Shown here piece by piece: positions 1-7,641 of a stretch of 26,955 nucleotides of DNA (position 1 is its first letter; each line of letters starts with the position of its first letter). The stretch lies in NCBI GenBank assembly GCA_031414955.1, contig JANOQV010000249.1, positions 1 to 26,955 of the forward strand. Direction: 5' to 3'. The notes beneath the pieces were generated by a model. It was not told the DNA's origin. It worked only from the letters and a program-made list of their open reading frames with translations, and ran no database searches. Source of the DNA: Pedosphaera sp. GTDB taxonomy: Bacteria; Verrucomicrobiota; Verrucomicrobiia; Limisphaerales; SIBH01. The position numbers and the translations under genes are program-made.

Positions 1-120
1 TTCGCTTGGGCGGCGCGCTTCCGGCGCCTGGCCCGCGATTACGAACGGCTGGCCGAAACCCTCGCCGCCTACCATTGGCTGGCTCTGGTCACCCTCATGC
101 TCCCTTTGCTCCTCGCCTAG
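1..120 (+). CDS. IS5-family transposase, C-terminal fragment (begins before the window)
   Basis: Frame +1 translates FAWAARFRRLARDYERLAETLAAYHWLALVTLMLPLLLA*, matching the 'FAW..RFRRL.RDYER' C-terminal signature of IS5-family DDE transposases. It is absent from the ORF track because no start codon lies in the window. Confidence 0.9.
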   Translation, partial: FAWAARFRRLARDYERLAETLAAYHWLALVTLMLPLLLA

Positions 121-136
121 TGTGCATGACAGGCTC
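1..136 (+). mobile_element. Right end of an IS5-family insertion sequence; putative terminal inverted repeat ~121-136 followed by TAG target (137-139)
   Basis: The transposase stop is followed within 16 bp by ...GCATGACAGGCTC|TAG. TA/TNA/CTAG-type targets are typical of IS5 subgroups. The left end is not visible, so the exact boundary is inferred. Confidence 0.7.
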
Positions 137-148
137 TAGGCTCGCTCC

Positions 149-1567
149 GTGCCTTACGAACCCGCACCGTGGTCCATCGCGCCCTTCGCCATCCTGTTGG
201 CGATGATCGCGCTGGGGCCGCTGTTCTTTGAGAAGTGGTGGTTGAAGCACTATCCCAAGGTGACCTTGGGACTGGCGAGCATCACGCTGGGCTACTACTT
301 TTTCGGCCTGCCCCACGAGGCGCGGCCCATGGTCGGGCATACCGCCCTCGAGTACCTCAGTTTCATCTCGGTCGTCGGTTCGCTCTATGTTGTCTCCGGC
401 GGCATTCACATCAATGTGAAGGGCGAGGCGACGCCGCCGGTGAATGTCGCATTCCTTTTCCTCGGCGCGGTCATCGCCAATGTCCTCGGCACGACGGGCG
501 CTTCCATGCTGCTGATTCGCCCCTGGCTGCGCATGAACAAGTACCGCGTCACTGCGCATCACGTCGTGTTCTTCATCCTCATCGTGTCGAACGTCGGCGG
601 TTGCCTCACGCCCATCGGCGATCCGCCGCTGCTCCTCGGTTATTTCAAGGGGGTGCCGTTCTGGTGGGTGGCGGAACACTGCTGGCCGATGTGGGTCGTG
701 GGCGTCGGCTGCCTGCTGGTCGCGTTCTACTTCGTGGACTGGCGGAACTACCGAAAGGCTCCGAAGCGAGTGCGTGCCGAACTGGCCGAACCGCACGATC
801 AGTGGCGTTTTGAGGGGCTGGCCAACCTGGGTTTTGTCGCGCTCATCATCTTCGCCGTGCTCCTCCCCAACCCGCCTCCGTTTCTGCGCGAGGGGCTGAT
901 GTTGGGGGCCGCGCTCGGTTCGTGGTTCACCACGAAGAAGCACATCCACGAGGCCAACCATTTCAACTTCCATCCCATCCAGGAAGTGGCGGTTCTTTTC
1001 ATCGGCATCTTCGCCACCATGATGCCGGCGCTGGATTATTTGCAGGCGCACTCGGGGATTTTCAAAAATGCCGGGCCGGGAGTTTTTTATTGGGGCAGCG
1101 GCTTGCTCTCCAGCACCCTCGACAACGCGCCCACCTACCTCAGTTTTCTCAAGGCCATCTTCGGCGCCTTCATCGATCCGGCGACGGTGCAACAAGTGCA
1201 GGCCTTGGTCGCGGGCCAGGGCGAGGGACTCGCCGCCGCCAGCGAGCCGGTGCGGAACACTTACCTGGCTTTGCAGAAATATCATGGGGCGCTGCTGGCC
1301 CGGGGCACGGTGGATGCGGACCACATCGACATCGCCTTCCTGCTCGGCAACGTGAAGTATAACGGCTACCTCGTCGCCATCAGCGTGGCCTCGGTGTTTT
1401 TCGGAGCCTGCACTTACATCGGCAACGGTCCCAACTTTATGGTCAAGGCCATCGCCGACCAGCAGAAGGTTCACACGCCCGGCTTCCTTGGTTACATCCT
1501 GTGTTATTCGCTCCCGTTTATGCTGCCCATGCTGATCCTCGTCTGGTGGCTGTTTTTCAGGAAGTGA
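149..1567 (+). CDS. Ion-transporter (IT) superfamily membrane protein (putative Na+/H+ antiporter, CitMHS-like)
   Basis: 472 aa with many hydrophobic helices. Motifs SNVGGCLTPIGDPPL, SSTLDNAPTY and GACTYIGNGPNFMVK are typical of this family. Confidence 0.85.
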   Translation: MPYEPAPWSIAPFAILLAMIALGPLFFEKWWLKHYPKVTLGLASITLGYYFFGLPHEARPMVGHTALEYLSFISVVGSLYVVSGGIHINVKGEATPPVNVAFLFLGAVIANVLGTTGASMLLIRPWLRMNKYRVTAHHVVFFILIVSNVGGCLTPIGDPPLLLGYFKGVPFWWVAEHCWPMWVVGVGCLLVAFYFVDWRNYRKAPKRVRAELAEPHDQWRFEGLANLGFVALIIFAVLLPNPPPFLREGLMLGAALGSWFTTKKHIHEANHFNFHPIQEVAVLFIGIFATMMPALDYLQAHSGIFKNAGPGVFYWGSGLLSSTLDNAPTYLSFLKAIFGAFIDPATVQQVQALVAGQGEGLAAASEPVRNTYLALQKYHGALLARGTVDADHIDIAFLLGNVKYNGYLVAISVASVFFGACTYIGNGPNFMVKAIADQQKVHTPGFLGYILCYSLPFMLPMLILVWWLFFRK

Positions 1568-1657
1568 ACCGTGTCGCCTCGTCCCGCCGGGGCGGGGCGC
1601 GTTCCCGACACGCTTCTTCTCGCCAAGAGCCGGGCCTTCCGTTACATCAGCCCGCGC

Positions 1658-2974
1658 GTGGTTCGATTCCTTTACAACCTGGTCATCCACCTGTTTTTCC
1701 TGGTCATGGCGCCGTTCTATCTTTTGAAGATGTGGCGGCGCGGGAACTGGCAGGCCGGCTTCGGTGAGCGCTTCGCCCGCTACGATTCCAAGTTCAAGCA
1801 GGCCATCACCAACCGCGACATCATCTGGCTGCACGCGGTCAGCGTGGGCGAGGTCAATCTCTGCACCCAGCTCATCAAGGCGCTCGAGCCGCGCGCGCCG
1901 AACCTGAAGATCGTCGTTTCCACCACCACCACCACGGGCATGGCGGAGTTGCAGAAGAAGCTGCCGTCCCACATCTCGAAAATTTACTACCCGCTTGATG
2001 CGCGGCGCTTTGTCCGGCGCGCGTTCCGGCTGATCAGCCCGGATGCCATCGTGCTGGTGGAGGCGGAAATCTGGCCGAACTTTCTCTGGCGCGCGCGCGA
2101 CCTGGGCAAGCCTGTGTTTCTGGTCAACGCACGACTCTCGGACAAATCCCATCGCGGCTACCGGCGCGCGGCCTTTCTCTTCCGGCCGCTCTTCCAGTCC
2201 TTTCGCGGCGTGGGCTGCCAGAACGACACCGATGCCCGGCGTCTGGAGGAGGTTGGTTTTCGCAAGGAGAGCATCCACGTCCTGGGCAATATGAAGTTCG
2301 ACGCCGCCAAACTGAACGAGCGGCGGCTGCTCGATGTGCCGGCCTTGCTCGCGCAGTTAGGAGTCCCGCCGGACGCGCCGCTGCTGGTGGCCGGCAGCAC
2401 GCACCACGGCGAGGAGAAGATATTGGGCGAGGTGTTCCTGCGCTTGCGCCCGCGCATCCCGGGACTGTTTCTGATCGTGGTCCCGCGACATCACGAGCGC
2501 GGGCGCGAGGCGGGCCGCGATTTGCAGGCGGCGGGCTTGAAGTTTGTTTACCGCAATGAAGTCACCCCAAAAACACAGCGCGAGGCTGGGGAAGTGGACG
2601 CGCTGCTGGTCAACACCACGGGCGAGTTGCGGTACTTCTACGAGCGGGCCGCGGCGGTGTTTGTGGGCAAGAGCCTCACCGCCGAGGGCGGGCAGAATCC
2701 CATCGAGCCGGGCGTGCTGGCCCGGCCGATGGTCTTCGGGCCGAACATGCAGAACTTCGCCGCCATCTCGAAACTGCTCGTGGAGCGGGACGGCGCGCTT
2801 CAGGTGCGGGACGCGGCCGGACTCGAAACAGCTCTGGAGCAAATCCTTTCCGAGCCGAAGCGCGCCGAGGAACTGGGCCGTAATGCCCTGGCGGTGGTGC
2901 GGGAAAACCTGGGAGCCATTGATCGTACGGTGGACATGATTCTGGCCGGATTGCCCAAGCGGAATGCGCGTTGA
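1658..2974 (+). CDS. waaA: 3-deoxy-D-manno-octulosonic acid (Kdo) transferase
   Basis: Motifs IWLHAVSVGE, STTTTTG, EAEIWPN, NARLS, AGSTH, VPRH and GGQNPIEP..GPNM.NF. Likely start is GTG 1658, just before the N-terminal membrane anchor; the ORF is open from 1571. Confidence 0.95.
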   Translation: MVRFLYNLVIHLFFLVMAPFYLLKMWRRGNWQAGFGERFARYDSKFKQAITNRDIIWLHAVSVGEVNLCTQLIKALEPRAPNLKIVVSTTTTTGMAELQKKLPSHISKIYYPLDARRFVRRAFRLISPDAIVLVEAEIWPNFLWRARDLGKPVFLVNARLSDKSHRGYRRAAFLFRPLFQSFRGVGCQNDTDARRLEEVGFRKESIHVLGNMKFDAAKLNERRLLDVPALLAQLGVPPDAPLLVAGSTHHGEEKILGEVFLRLRPRIPGLFLIVVPRHHERGREAGRDLQAAGLKFVYRNEVTPKTQREAGEVDALLVNTTGELRYFYERAAAVFVGKSLTAEGGQNPIEPGVLARPMVFGPNMQNFAAISKLLVERDGALQVRDAAGLETALEQILSEPKRAEELGRNALAVVRENLGAIDRTVDMILAGLPKRNAR

Positions 2975-3032
2975 ACGGTGCGCCCCCGAGCCGCGCGCGG
3001 CTTTCCCCCCTTGGGTCAGTGCTGAGGAAGCC

Positions 3033-4103
3033 TCACCGCCAATACATGTAGAGCGTATCGATCCTCGGGCCATTGCGCCGGACCATGGCGAAGTAGCTGC
3101 GCTTCACGGCATCGATCTCCACGTCCACCTGCACCTCGAAGGTCGAACTGCGCGTGCTGAAGTAGCGCGCGAACATCTGGGCCAGCGGCGGTGTCATGCC
3201 CGGCACGCGCGCCAGATCGCCGATGTTGCGGAACGGTTCGTCGTCGCAGGTGAAGTCCGCGCCATCAGGCCCGGCTCGAGTGGTGATGATAGCCTGGGCC
3301 AGCACGTCATCCACGTCCGGGATGAGCTGCATGGTGTTGGCCGTGGCCGTGTTGATGTTGATGAACCGGCCCGACACGGCGGTGAATAAATCCACGAAGC
3401 CGATGGGGTAGCTTTCCGGCTCCCCGCGGAAAGTCCGGACGGCCGTGGGCACCTTGAAGGCGCCGGGCACCGCCGCCACGCCACCCGAGCCATAATACAT
3501 CGCGGGCGTGATGCCCTTGATGAACATCAGCTCGGTCAGGTCGTCGATGGGTCCGTTCTTGGCCCGGTAGGGCGGGTCCAAGCTCTGGTAGTAATCGGTC
3601 TCGGTCTCGCCGCCCAGGCGCGTCTGGTCGTCGCGGTCAATCCAGTCGGCAATGGCGTTGACGATGCGTGGCGCCTCGGCGGCATCCACGCCCATGAGGA
3701 TGAGCGCCTGGTTGACGACCTCGGGCGCGGCGGCGGCGAGATTGATGTTCAGCTTGCGGTCGTTGTCGATGATTGTGACCGAGAAGGTGCCGTGGCCCAG
3801 CAGGTTGTTTTTCAACGAGAGCTCCGGGAAGTTGGTGTCACAATCACCGCCCGCCCAAAACTGGTTCAGGGCATCGTATTGCTGGCTGGACGGGTTTTGT
3901 TTTCCGAGGACGGATTTCGCCAACTCGATGCCGGAGCGGCCGAGCCATTCCATTTCAGTGTCCCAGTTGGAATTGCGGGCCAGCTTGGTCTCCACCTTCA
4001 TCGAGAGAGCCAGCGCGCCGCCGAGCACGGCGAACACCACCACGATGACCATGACCATGATCAGTGCGATGCCGGAACGGTGATGTCGTGGTTGTAATTT
4101 CAT
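3033..4103 (-). CDS. gspK: Type II secretion minor pseudopilin GspK
   Basis: Starts MKLQPRHHRSG|IALIMVMV (class III signal lacking E5). Motifs KLNIN, IADWID.D, YRAKNGPIDDLTEL..IKGIT and ININTA. The ATG overlaps the upstream stop (ATGA at 4100-4103). Confidence 0.9.
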   Translation of the reverse strand: MKLQPRHHRSGIALIMVMVIVVVFAVLGGALALSMKVETKLARNSNWDTEMEWLGRSGIELAKSVLGKQNPSSQQYDALNQFWAGGDCDTNFPELSLKNNLLGHGTFSVTIIDNDRKLNINLAAAAPEVVNQALILMGVDAAEAPRIVNAIADWIDRDDQTRLGGETETDYYQSLDPPYRAKNGPIDDLTELMFIKGITPAMYYGSGGVAAVPGAFKVPTAVRTFRGEPESYPIGFVDLFTAVSGRFININTATANTMQLIPDVDDVLAQAIITTRAGPDGADFTCDDEPFRNIGDLARVPGMTPPLAQMFARYFSTRSSTFEVQVDVEIDAVKRSYFAMVRRNGPRIDTLYMYWR

Positions 4104-5023
4104 CGGATGGGTTTGACCGGGCCGCCGGGGCCACCGGGCGGGACTCCTGGGCCGCCCGGCGGCACCCCGGGTGTGCCCGGCAGTGGTTGACCGGGCGCAC
4201 CGCCGATGGGCATCTGTGCTTCGGGCGGGACGGCGGTGGCGGGCAGCGCGATGTAACGATGCACGACATCCGCTGGCTGGCCGGGCTTGTCGGTTTTGCC
4301 CAGGCCCAGCCCGACATGGACCAGCGTGGGCAGTTGATTCGTGCGATCCCATTTCGACGTCCATTCCCAGTTGCCGGTCTTCTGGTCGCGCGCCCAAAAT
4401 TCGAAGGCGAACAGCGTCACATCCTTGGCCAGCACCAGCTCGTAGGGTTTATAGTCGGGATTGGCCGCCATCATCATCGGTCCCTGGCGCATGACGAAAT
4501 CAAGCTTGCCGTCCTTGGCCGACTCGACGTTGAAGGTCACGCGGCGTACCACATGATCGCCGAAGCGGCCCACGCCGGGGAAATTCGCCGGCAGATGCGA
4601 GACGAAGCTGAGTTCGCCGAAGTCGCCGCTCATATCGGCGAGGAAGGAATAATACGCGTCCGGGGTCTGCGGCGGCATGTTGGCGGTGAACATCTGCGCG
4701 GTGGTGAGCGAGTCCACCAGCGCACGCATGGAGATGCGGGCGCGCTGGGCCGAGTCCGCCGCCGTGCGCGCGGCCTTCGAGGCCTTGAGAATGCCGGTCC
4801 AGACCGAGTAGATGGCGACGAGGATCATCGAGAAGATGCCCAGGGCGATCATCACCTCAATGATGGTGAAGCCGAAGCGGCGCCGAGGACGTGAAGGGCA
4901 GGGCGTCGCTGTCCTCAGCGCGCCGGGGGCTTGAGTCGTGCCAGCCGACGTCAGGAGGCTCTGACTTCCTGCGCCCGAAATAGAATGAGCCTCCTCACGT
5001 CGGCTGCTACGCAGGGTTTTCAT
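4100..5023 (-). CDS. gspJ: Type II secretion pseudopilin, GspJ-like, with an unusually long (51-aa) leader
   Basis: G|FTIIEVMIALGIF N-methylation motif, position directly upstream of gspK, ATGA overlap with the upstream gene, and a Pro/Gly-rich C-terminal tail. Confidence 0.8.
   Translation of the reverse strand: MKTLRSSRREEAHSISGAGSQSLLTSAGTTQAPGALRTATPCPSRPRRRFGFTIIEVMIALGIFSMILVAIYSVWTGILKASKAARTAADSAQRARISMRALVDSLTTAQMFTANMPPQTPDAYYSFLADMSGDFGELSFVSHLPANFPGVGRFGDHVVRRVTFNVESAKDGKLDFVMRQGPMMMAANPDYKPYELVLAKDVTLFAFEFWARDQKTGNWEWTSKWDRTNQLPTLVHVGLGLGKTDKPGQPADVVHRYIALPATAVPPEAQMPIGGAPGQPLPGTPGVPPGGPGVPPGGPGGPVKPIR
4900..4927. repeat. Single arm of the REP-like element also found at 13378-13478, lying in the gspJ leader
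   Basis: CGCTGTCCTCAGCGCGCCGGG at 4907-4927 is identical to 13385-13405. Confidence 0.85.
4937..5011. repeat. GTAG-tagged REP-like palindromic doublet in the gspJ leader
   Basis: CAGCCGACGTCAGGAGGCTC (4942-4961) is inverted to GAGCCTCCTCACGTCGGCTG (4987-5006) at 19/20 positions and ends ...CTAC. It encodes RSSRREEAH...QSLLTSA. Confidence 0.85.
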
Positions 5024-5523
5024 AAACGCCGCCTGGCCGCGCCGGGCGCGCCCGGTTTGTAGAGGAGAATCTCCATGTCCTCGCCGACGGTTTGCGAGCG
5101 CCCGCCGCGCCGCGTGATGACGAAGCGCACGCGGTACAAGCCGTTGGTTGCTTCCGTATCACTGGCCGGCCAGGGATCGATGCAACGCTCCCAATCGTAA
5201 TCACTGTATTCCTCACCCAGGTCGCCGAAGTCGCCAGACTCACAGCCGAGGTCGAGCGTGTTGGAGAGCGTGAGCGCGGAGGCCAGGATGCTGAAGTCGG
5301 GCTGGGGCCGTTGCAGCGCGCGGGCCGCGCCCAGGCTTTGCACCACCATGCCCAGCACGGCGAAGACGACGATGAAGAATACAAACATCGCGATCATCAC
5401 TTCGAGCAGGGTGAAGCCGCTTTGGGTTCTGGAGTCTGGGTTCTGGAGTCTGGGGTGGCCGCAGAGCGCGTAGGGCGCGTCGGCGTCCCATTCCGCGTTC
5501 CGCGTTCCGCGTTCCGCGTTCAC
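5020..5523 (-). CDS. gspI: Type II secretion pseudopilin, GspI-like (36-aa leader)
   Basis: G|FTLLEVMIAMFVF motif. The GTG start at 5523 overlaps the upstream stop (GTGA). Size and gene order fit GspI. Confidence 0.75.
   Translation of the reverse strand: MNAERGTRNAEWDADAPYALCGHPRLQNPDSRTQSGFTLLEVMIAMFVFFIVVFAVLGMVVQSLGAARALQRPQPDFSILASALTLSNTLDLGCESGDFGDLGEEYSDYDWERCIDPWPASDTEATNGLYRVRFVITRRGGRSQTVGEDMEILLYKPGAPGAARRRL
5421..5520. repeat. Composite repeat in the gspI leader: 5x TCTGG(A/G)(G/T) heptamers, a GTAGGGCG REP-like stub, and 4x TTCCGCG heptamers
   Basis: TTTGGGT TCTGGAG TCTGGGT TCTGGAG TCTGGGG (5421-5455); GTAGGGCGCGTCGGCGTCCC (5470-5489); (TTCCGCG)4 (5491-5518). Confidence 0.9.
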
Positions 5524-6137
5524 TTCATCACCTCCACATCCACGATGCCGGTGATGACATCCGTGGTGAGCATCCGGCGTTCGCCCAGGTCGGAGTGCAA
5601 TTCCACGGTCATGGGATCGCAGGTGCCGTTGGCGTAAAACTTGCAAATCATCTCGTTCTCCAATTCGCGGTCGGCGGCCTTGAAGACCGTGGCGTCGATC
5701 TTGATCAGGTGGTCGGAGAACTTGGCGCTGAACACGGTGGCGCCGCCGCCACCCGGCGTGCCGCCCGTGTTGTCCCCGCCCACCATGCCCTCGTCCGTGG
5801 CCCCGGTGAGCGTGACGGTGATGGTGCGGATGGCTCCGCCCTTGATGGAAAGTTCGGCCGTCTTGCCGCTCATGATCGCGGCGGAGCGGGCCTCGAAGCA
5901 GGCTTCGCTCACGTCGCTCACGGCCTTGCGGATGGAGTCTTGATGGACCTGCTGGTAAATCGAAGGGATCGCGATGGTCAGGATGACCGCAATGATCGCG
6001 ATGACGATCATGATCTCGATGAGGGTGAAGGCGCGGCGTCGAGGGTCGAGAGTCGAGAGTCGAAGGCCGGAGGTGCGCGGATGGGTCGGGCGTTTCTGCG
6101 CTCGACTCTCGACTTTCGACTCTCGACGCACCTTCAT
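5520..6137 (-). CDS. gspH: Type II secretion pseudopilin, GspH/FimT-like (36-aa leader)
   Basis: A|FTLIEIMIVIAII motif, 'ARSAAI', and 'FYANGT' near the C-terminus as in GspH/FimT. ATGA overlap with the gspF stop. Confidence 0.75.
   Translation of the reverse strand: MKVRRESKVESRAQKRPTHPRTSGLRLSTLDPRRRAFTLIEIMIVIAIIAVILTIAIPSIYQQVHQDSIRKAVSDVSEACFEARSAAIMSGKTAELSIKGGAIRTITVTLTGATDEGMVGGDNTGGTPGGGGATVFSAKFSDHLIKIDATVFKAADRELENEMICKFYANGTCDPMTVELHSDLGERRMLTTDVITGIVDVEVMK
6036..6129. repeat. Inverted pair of GTCGAGA heptamer arrays in the gspH leader
   Basis: GTCGAGG GTCGAGA GTCGAGA GTCGA (6038-6063) is inverted to CTCGACT CTCGACT TTCGACT CTCGACG (6101-6128). Confidence 0.9.
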
Positions 6138-7402
6138 CGCGTGATGCTTGAAGTGATGGAGAACATGGTGGACAGCACGCTGAAGAGGAGGAATCCGACC
6201 AGCACCGCCATCATGATGATCATGGCTGGCTCGATCAGGTTTGTCATCACGCGCAAGGCCAGGGTCAGTTCGTTCTCGTAGGTCTCAGCCACGTTCTTCA
6301 AGGCTCCCGGCACGTCGCCGGTGTCCTCGCCGATGCGGATCAAATCGATCATCAACTGGGGGAAGATTTTGCTCTGGGCCAGCGGTTGGGCCAGCGTTTT
6401 GCCGTCGGTGACGGCGGCGCGCGTCTTGGCAATGGCGTCCTTGATCACGAAGTTGGGCATGATCTCCTCGGTGATCTTGAGGGCCGTGAGCACGGGCACG
6501 CCATTGATCAGCAGAGTGGAGAGCGTGCGGGCGAACTGGCCGAAGAGGTTCAGCTTGAAAACCTTGCCGATGACCGGCGCGTTCATTTTCCAGGAGTCGA
6601 TGCGGCGCTTGCCTTCCTCGGTGGATTTGAAGCGTTTGAAGAGCACGACGGTGGTGATGACGATCAGAATCATCAGCCACCAGTATTGGGTGAACATCTC
6701 GCTGATGCCGACCAGAATGCGCGTAGCCAGCGGCAGCGGCACCTTCAGGCCGTCGAAAATCTTCATGAAGCGCGGCAGCATGAAGGTCATGAAGAAAACC
6801 ACGATGCCGATGCCGACCGTGGCCACGATGGCGGGATAGACGAGGGCGGAGGTGAACTTGGACTGCACCTCGGCGAAGCGGTTGTAGTGGTCGGCCAGGC
6901 GGCGCAGCACATCGACCAGCGCGCCGGACTGTTCGCCCGCGCGCACCATGTTGATGTAGAGGTCGGTGAAGATGATGCGCTGCTTGGCCATCGAGTCGGA
7001 GAGGCTGCGGCCTTCCATCACGTCCTGCTTGAGCGCCCTGCTCACGTCGGCGGGGATGCCCTTGGACTCCAGGTGCGTCATGGAATTGAGCGCGACCGTG
7101 AGGGGCATGCCGGAGTTGAGCAGGTTGGCTAGTTGCTGGGTGAAGGTGGCGAGTTCCTGGAGCTTGGGCCGGCGCTGGCGTTTGCGCTGCATGGAGGCGG
7201 GCAGCAGGGAACGCTTGCCCTGCTCCTTGTCGCCGCTGGCCGCCGCGATCGCCGCCGCGCCGCCGCGCGCGCCTTCCACCATGACGGGGAAAAGCCCGAG
7301 ACGCTCGATCTGCACGAGTGCTGCGGCCCGATCCGCGACGTCCAGGACGCCCTGCACGACTTCGCCGGACTTGCGGCGCGCTTTGTAGGAAAACTGTGGC
7401 AT
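6134..7402 (-). CDS. gspF: Type II secretion / type IV pilus inner-membrane platform protein GspF/PilC
   Basis: MPQFSYKA start, FTQQLANLLNSGMPL, MVRAGEQSG.L..VL.RLA, SALVYP, FARTLSTLL.NGVP and GEDTG...LIEP show two T2SSF domains. Confidence 0.95.
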   Translation of the reverse strand: MPQFSYKARRKSGEVVQGVLDVADRAAALVQIERLGLFPVMVEGARGGAAAIAAASGDKEQGKRSLLPASMQRKRQRRPKLQELATFTQQLANLLNSGMPLTVALNSMTHLESKGIPADVSRALKQDVMEGRSLSDSMAKQRIIFTDLYINMVRAGEQSGALVDVLRRLADHYNRFAEVQSKFTSALVYPAIVATVGIGIVVFFMTFMLPRFMKIFDGLKVPLPLATRILVGISEMFTQYWWLMILIVITTVVLFKRFKSTEEGKRRIDSWKMNAPVIGKVFKLNLFGQFARTLSTLLINGVPVLTALKITEEIMPNFVIKDAIAKTRAAVTDGKTLAQPLAQSKIFPQLMIDLIRIGEDTGDVPGALKNVAETYENELTLALRVMTNLIEPAMIIMMAVLVGFLLFSVLSTMFSITSSITR

Positions 7403-7493
7403 AGCTCTGACTTCGATTATCTAACCCGGAATTCCGGGCAAAGTTGCAAGACGGGGCAGGGAACGTCCAGCGGTGAATGGGGCGTTGTGGGCC

Positions 7494-7641
7494 AAATTCC
7501 AAATCCCAAAACCCAAACTCCAAGGAAATTCCAAATCTCAAACTCCAATCGGACGGTCCACGCCGGCCCGAAGCTCTGGTTGGAGTTTGGGGTTTGGAGC
7601 TTGGAGTTTGTTTGGGATTTGGGTTTTGGAGTTTGGAATTT
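7494..7641. repeat. Inverted pair of AAA(T/C)(T/C)CC heptamer arrays (MITE/STRR-like element)
   Basis: The left arm (7494-7548) is 4 heptamers + 4 nt + 3 heptamers. The right arm (7580-7641), read as reverse complement, is 4 heptamers + 4 nt + 4 heptamers. A 31-nt GC-rich spacer separates them. Confidence 0.92.

Noticed and set aside
95..2278. 727-aa minus-strand ORF
   Set aside because: It is an antisense shadow of the antiporter and waaA genes. It has no motifs, and such ORFs are expected in GC-rich DNA.
4115..4200. GC-rich repeats at the gspJ 3' end
   Set aside because: They are explained by a low-complexity PGVPPGG protein tail, not a DNA element.
6285..7541. 418-aa alternative-frame ORF starting MRFGISLEFGFWDLEFG
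   Set aside because: The N-terminus is a translation of the heptamer repeat; the rest is an off-frame overlap of gspF.
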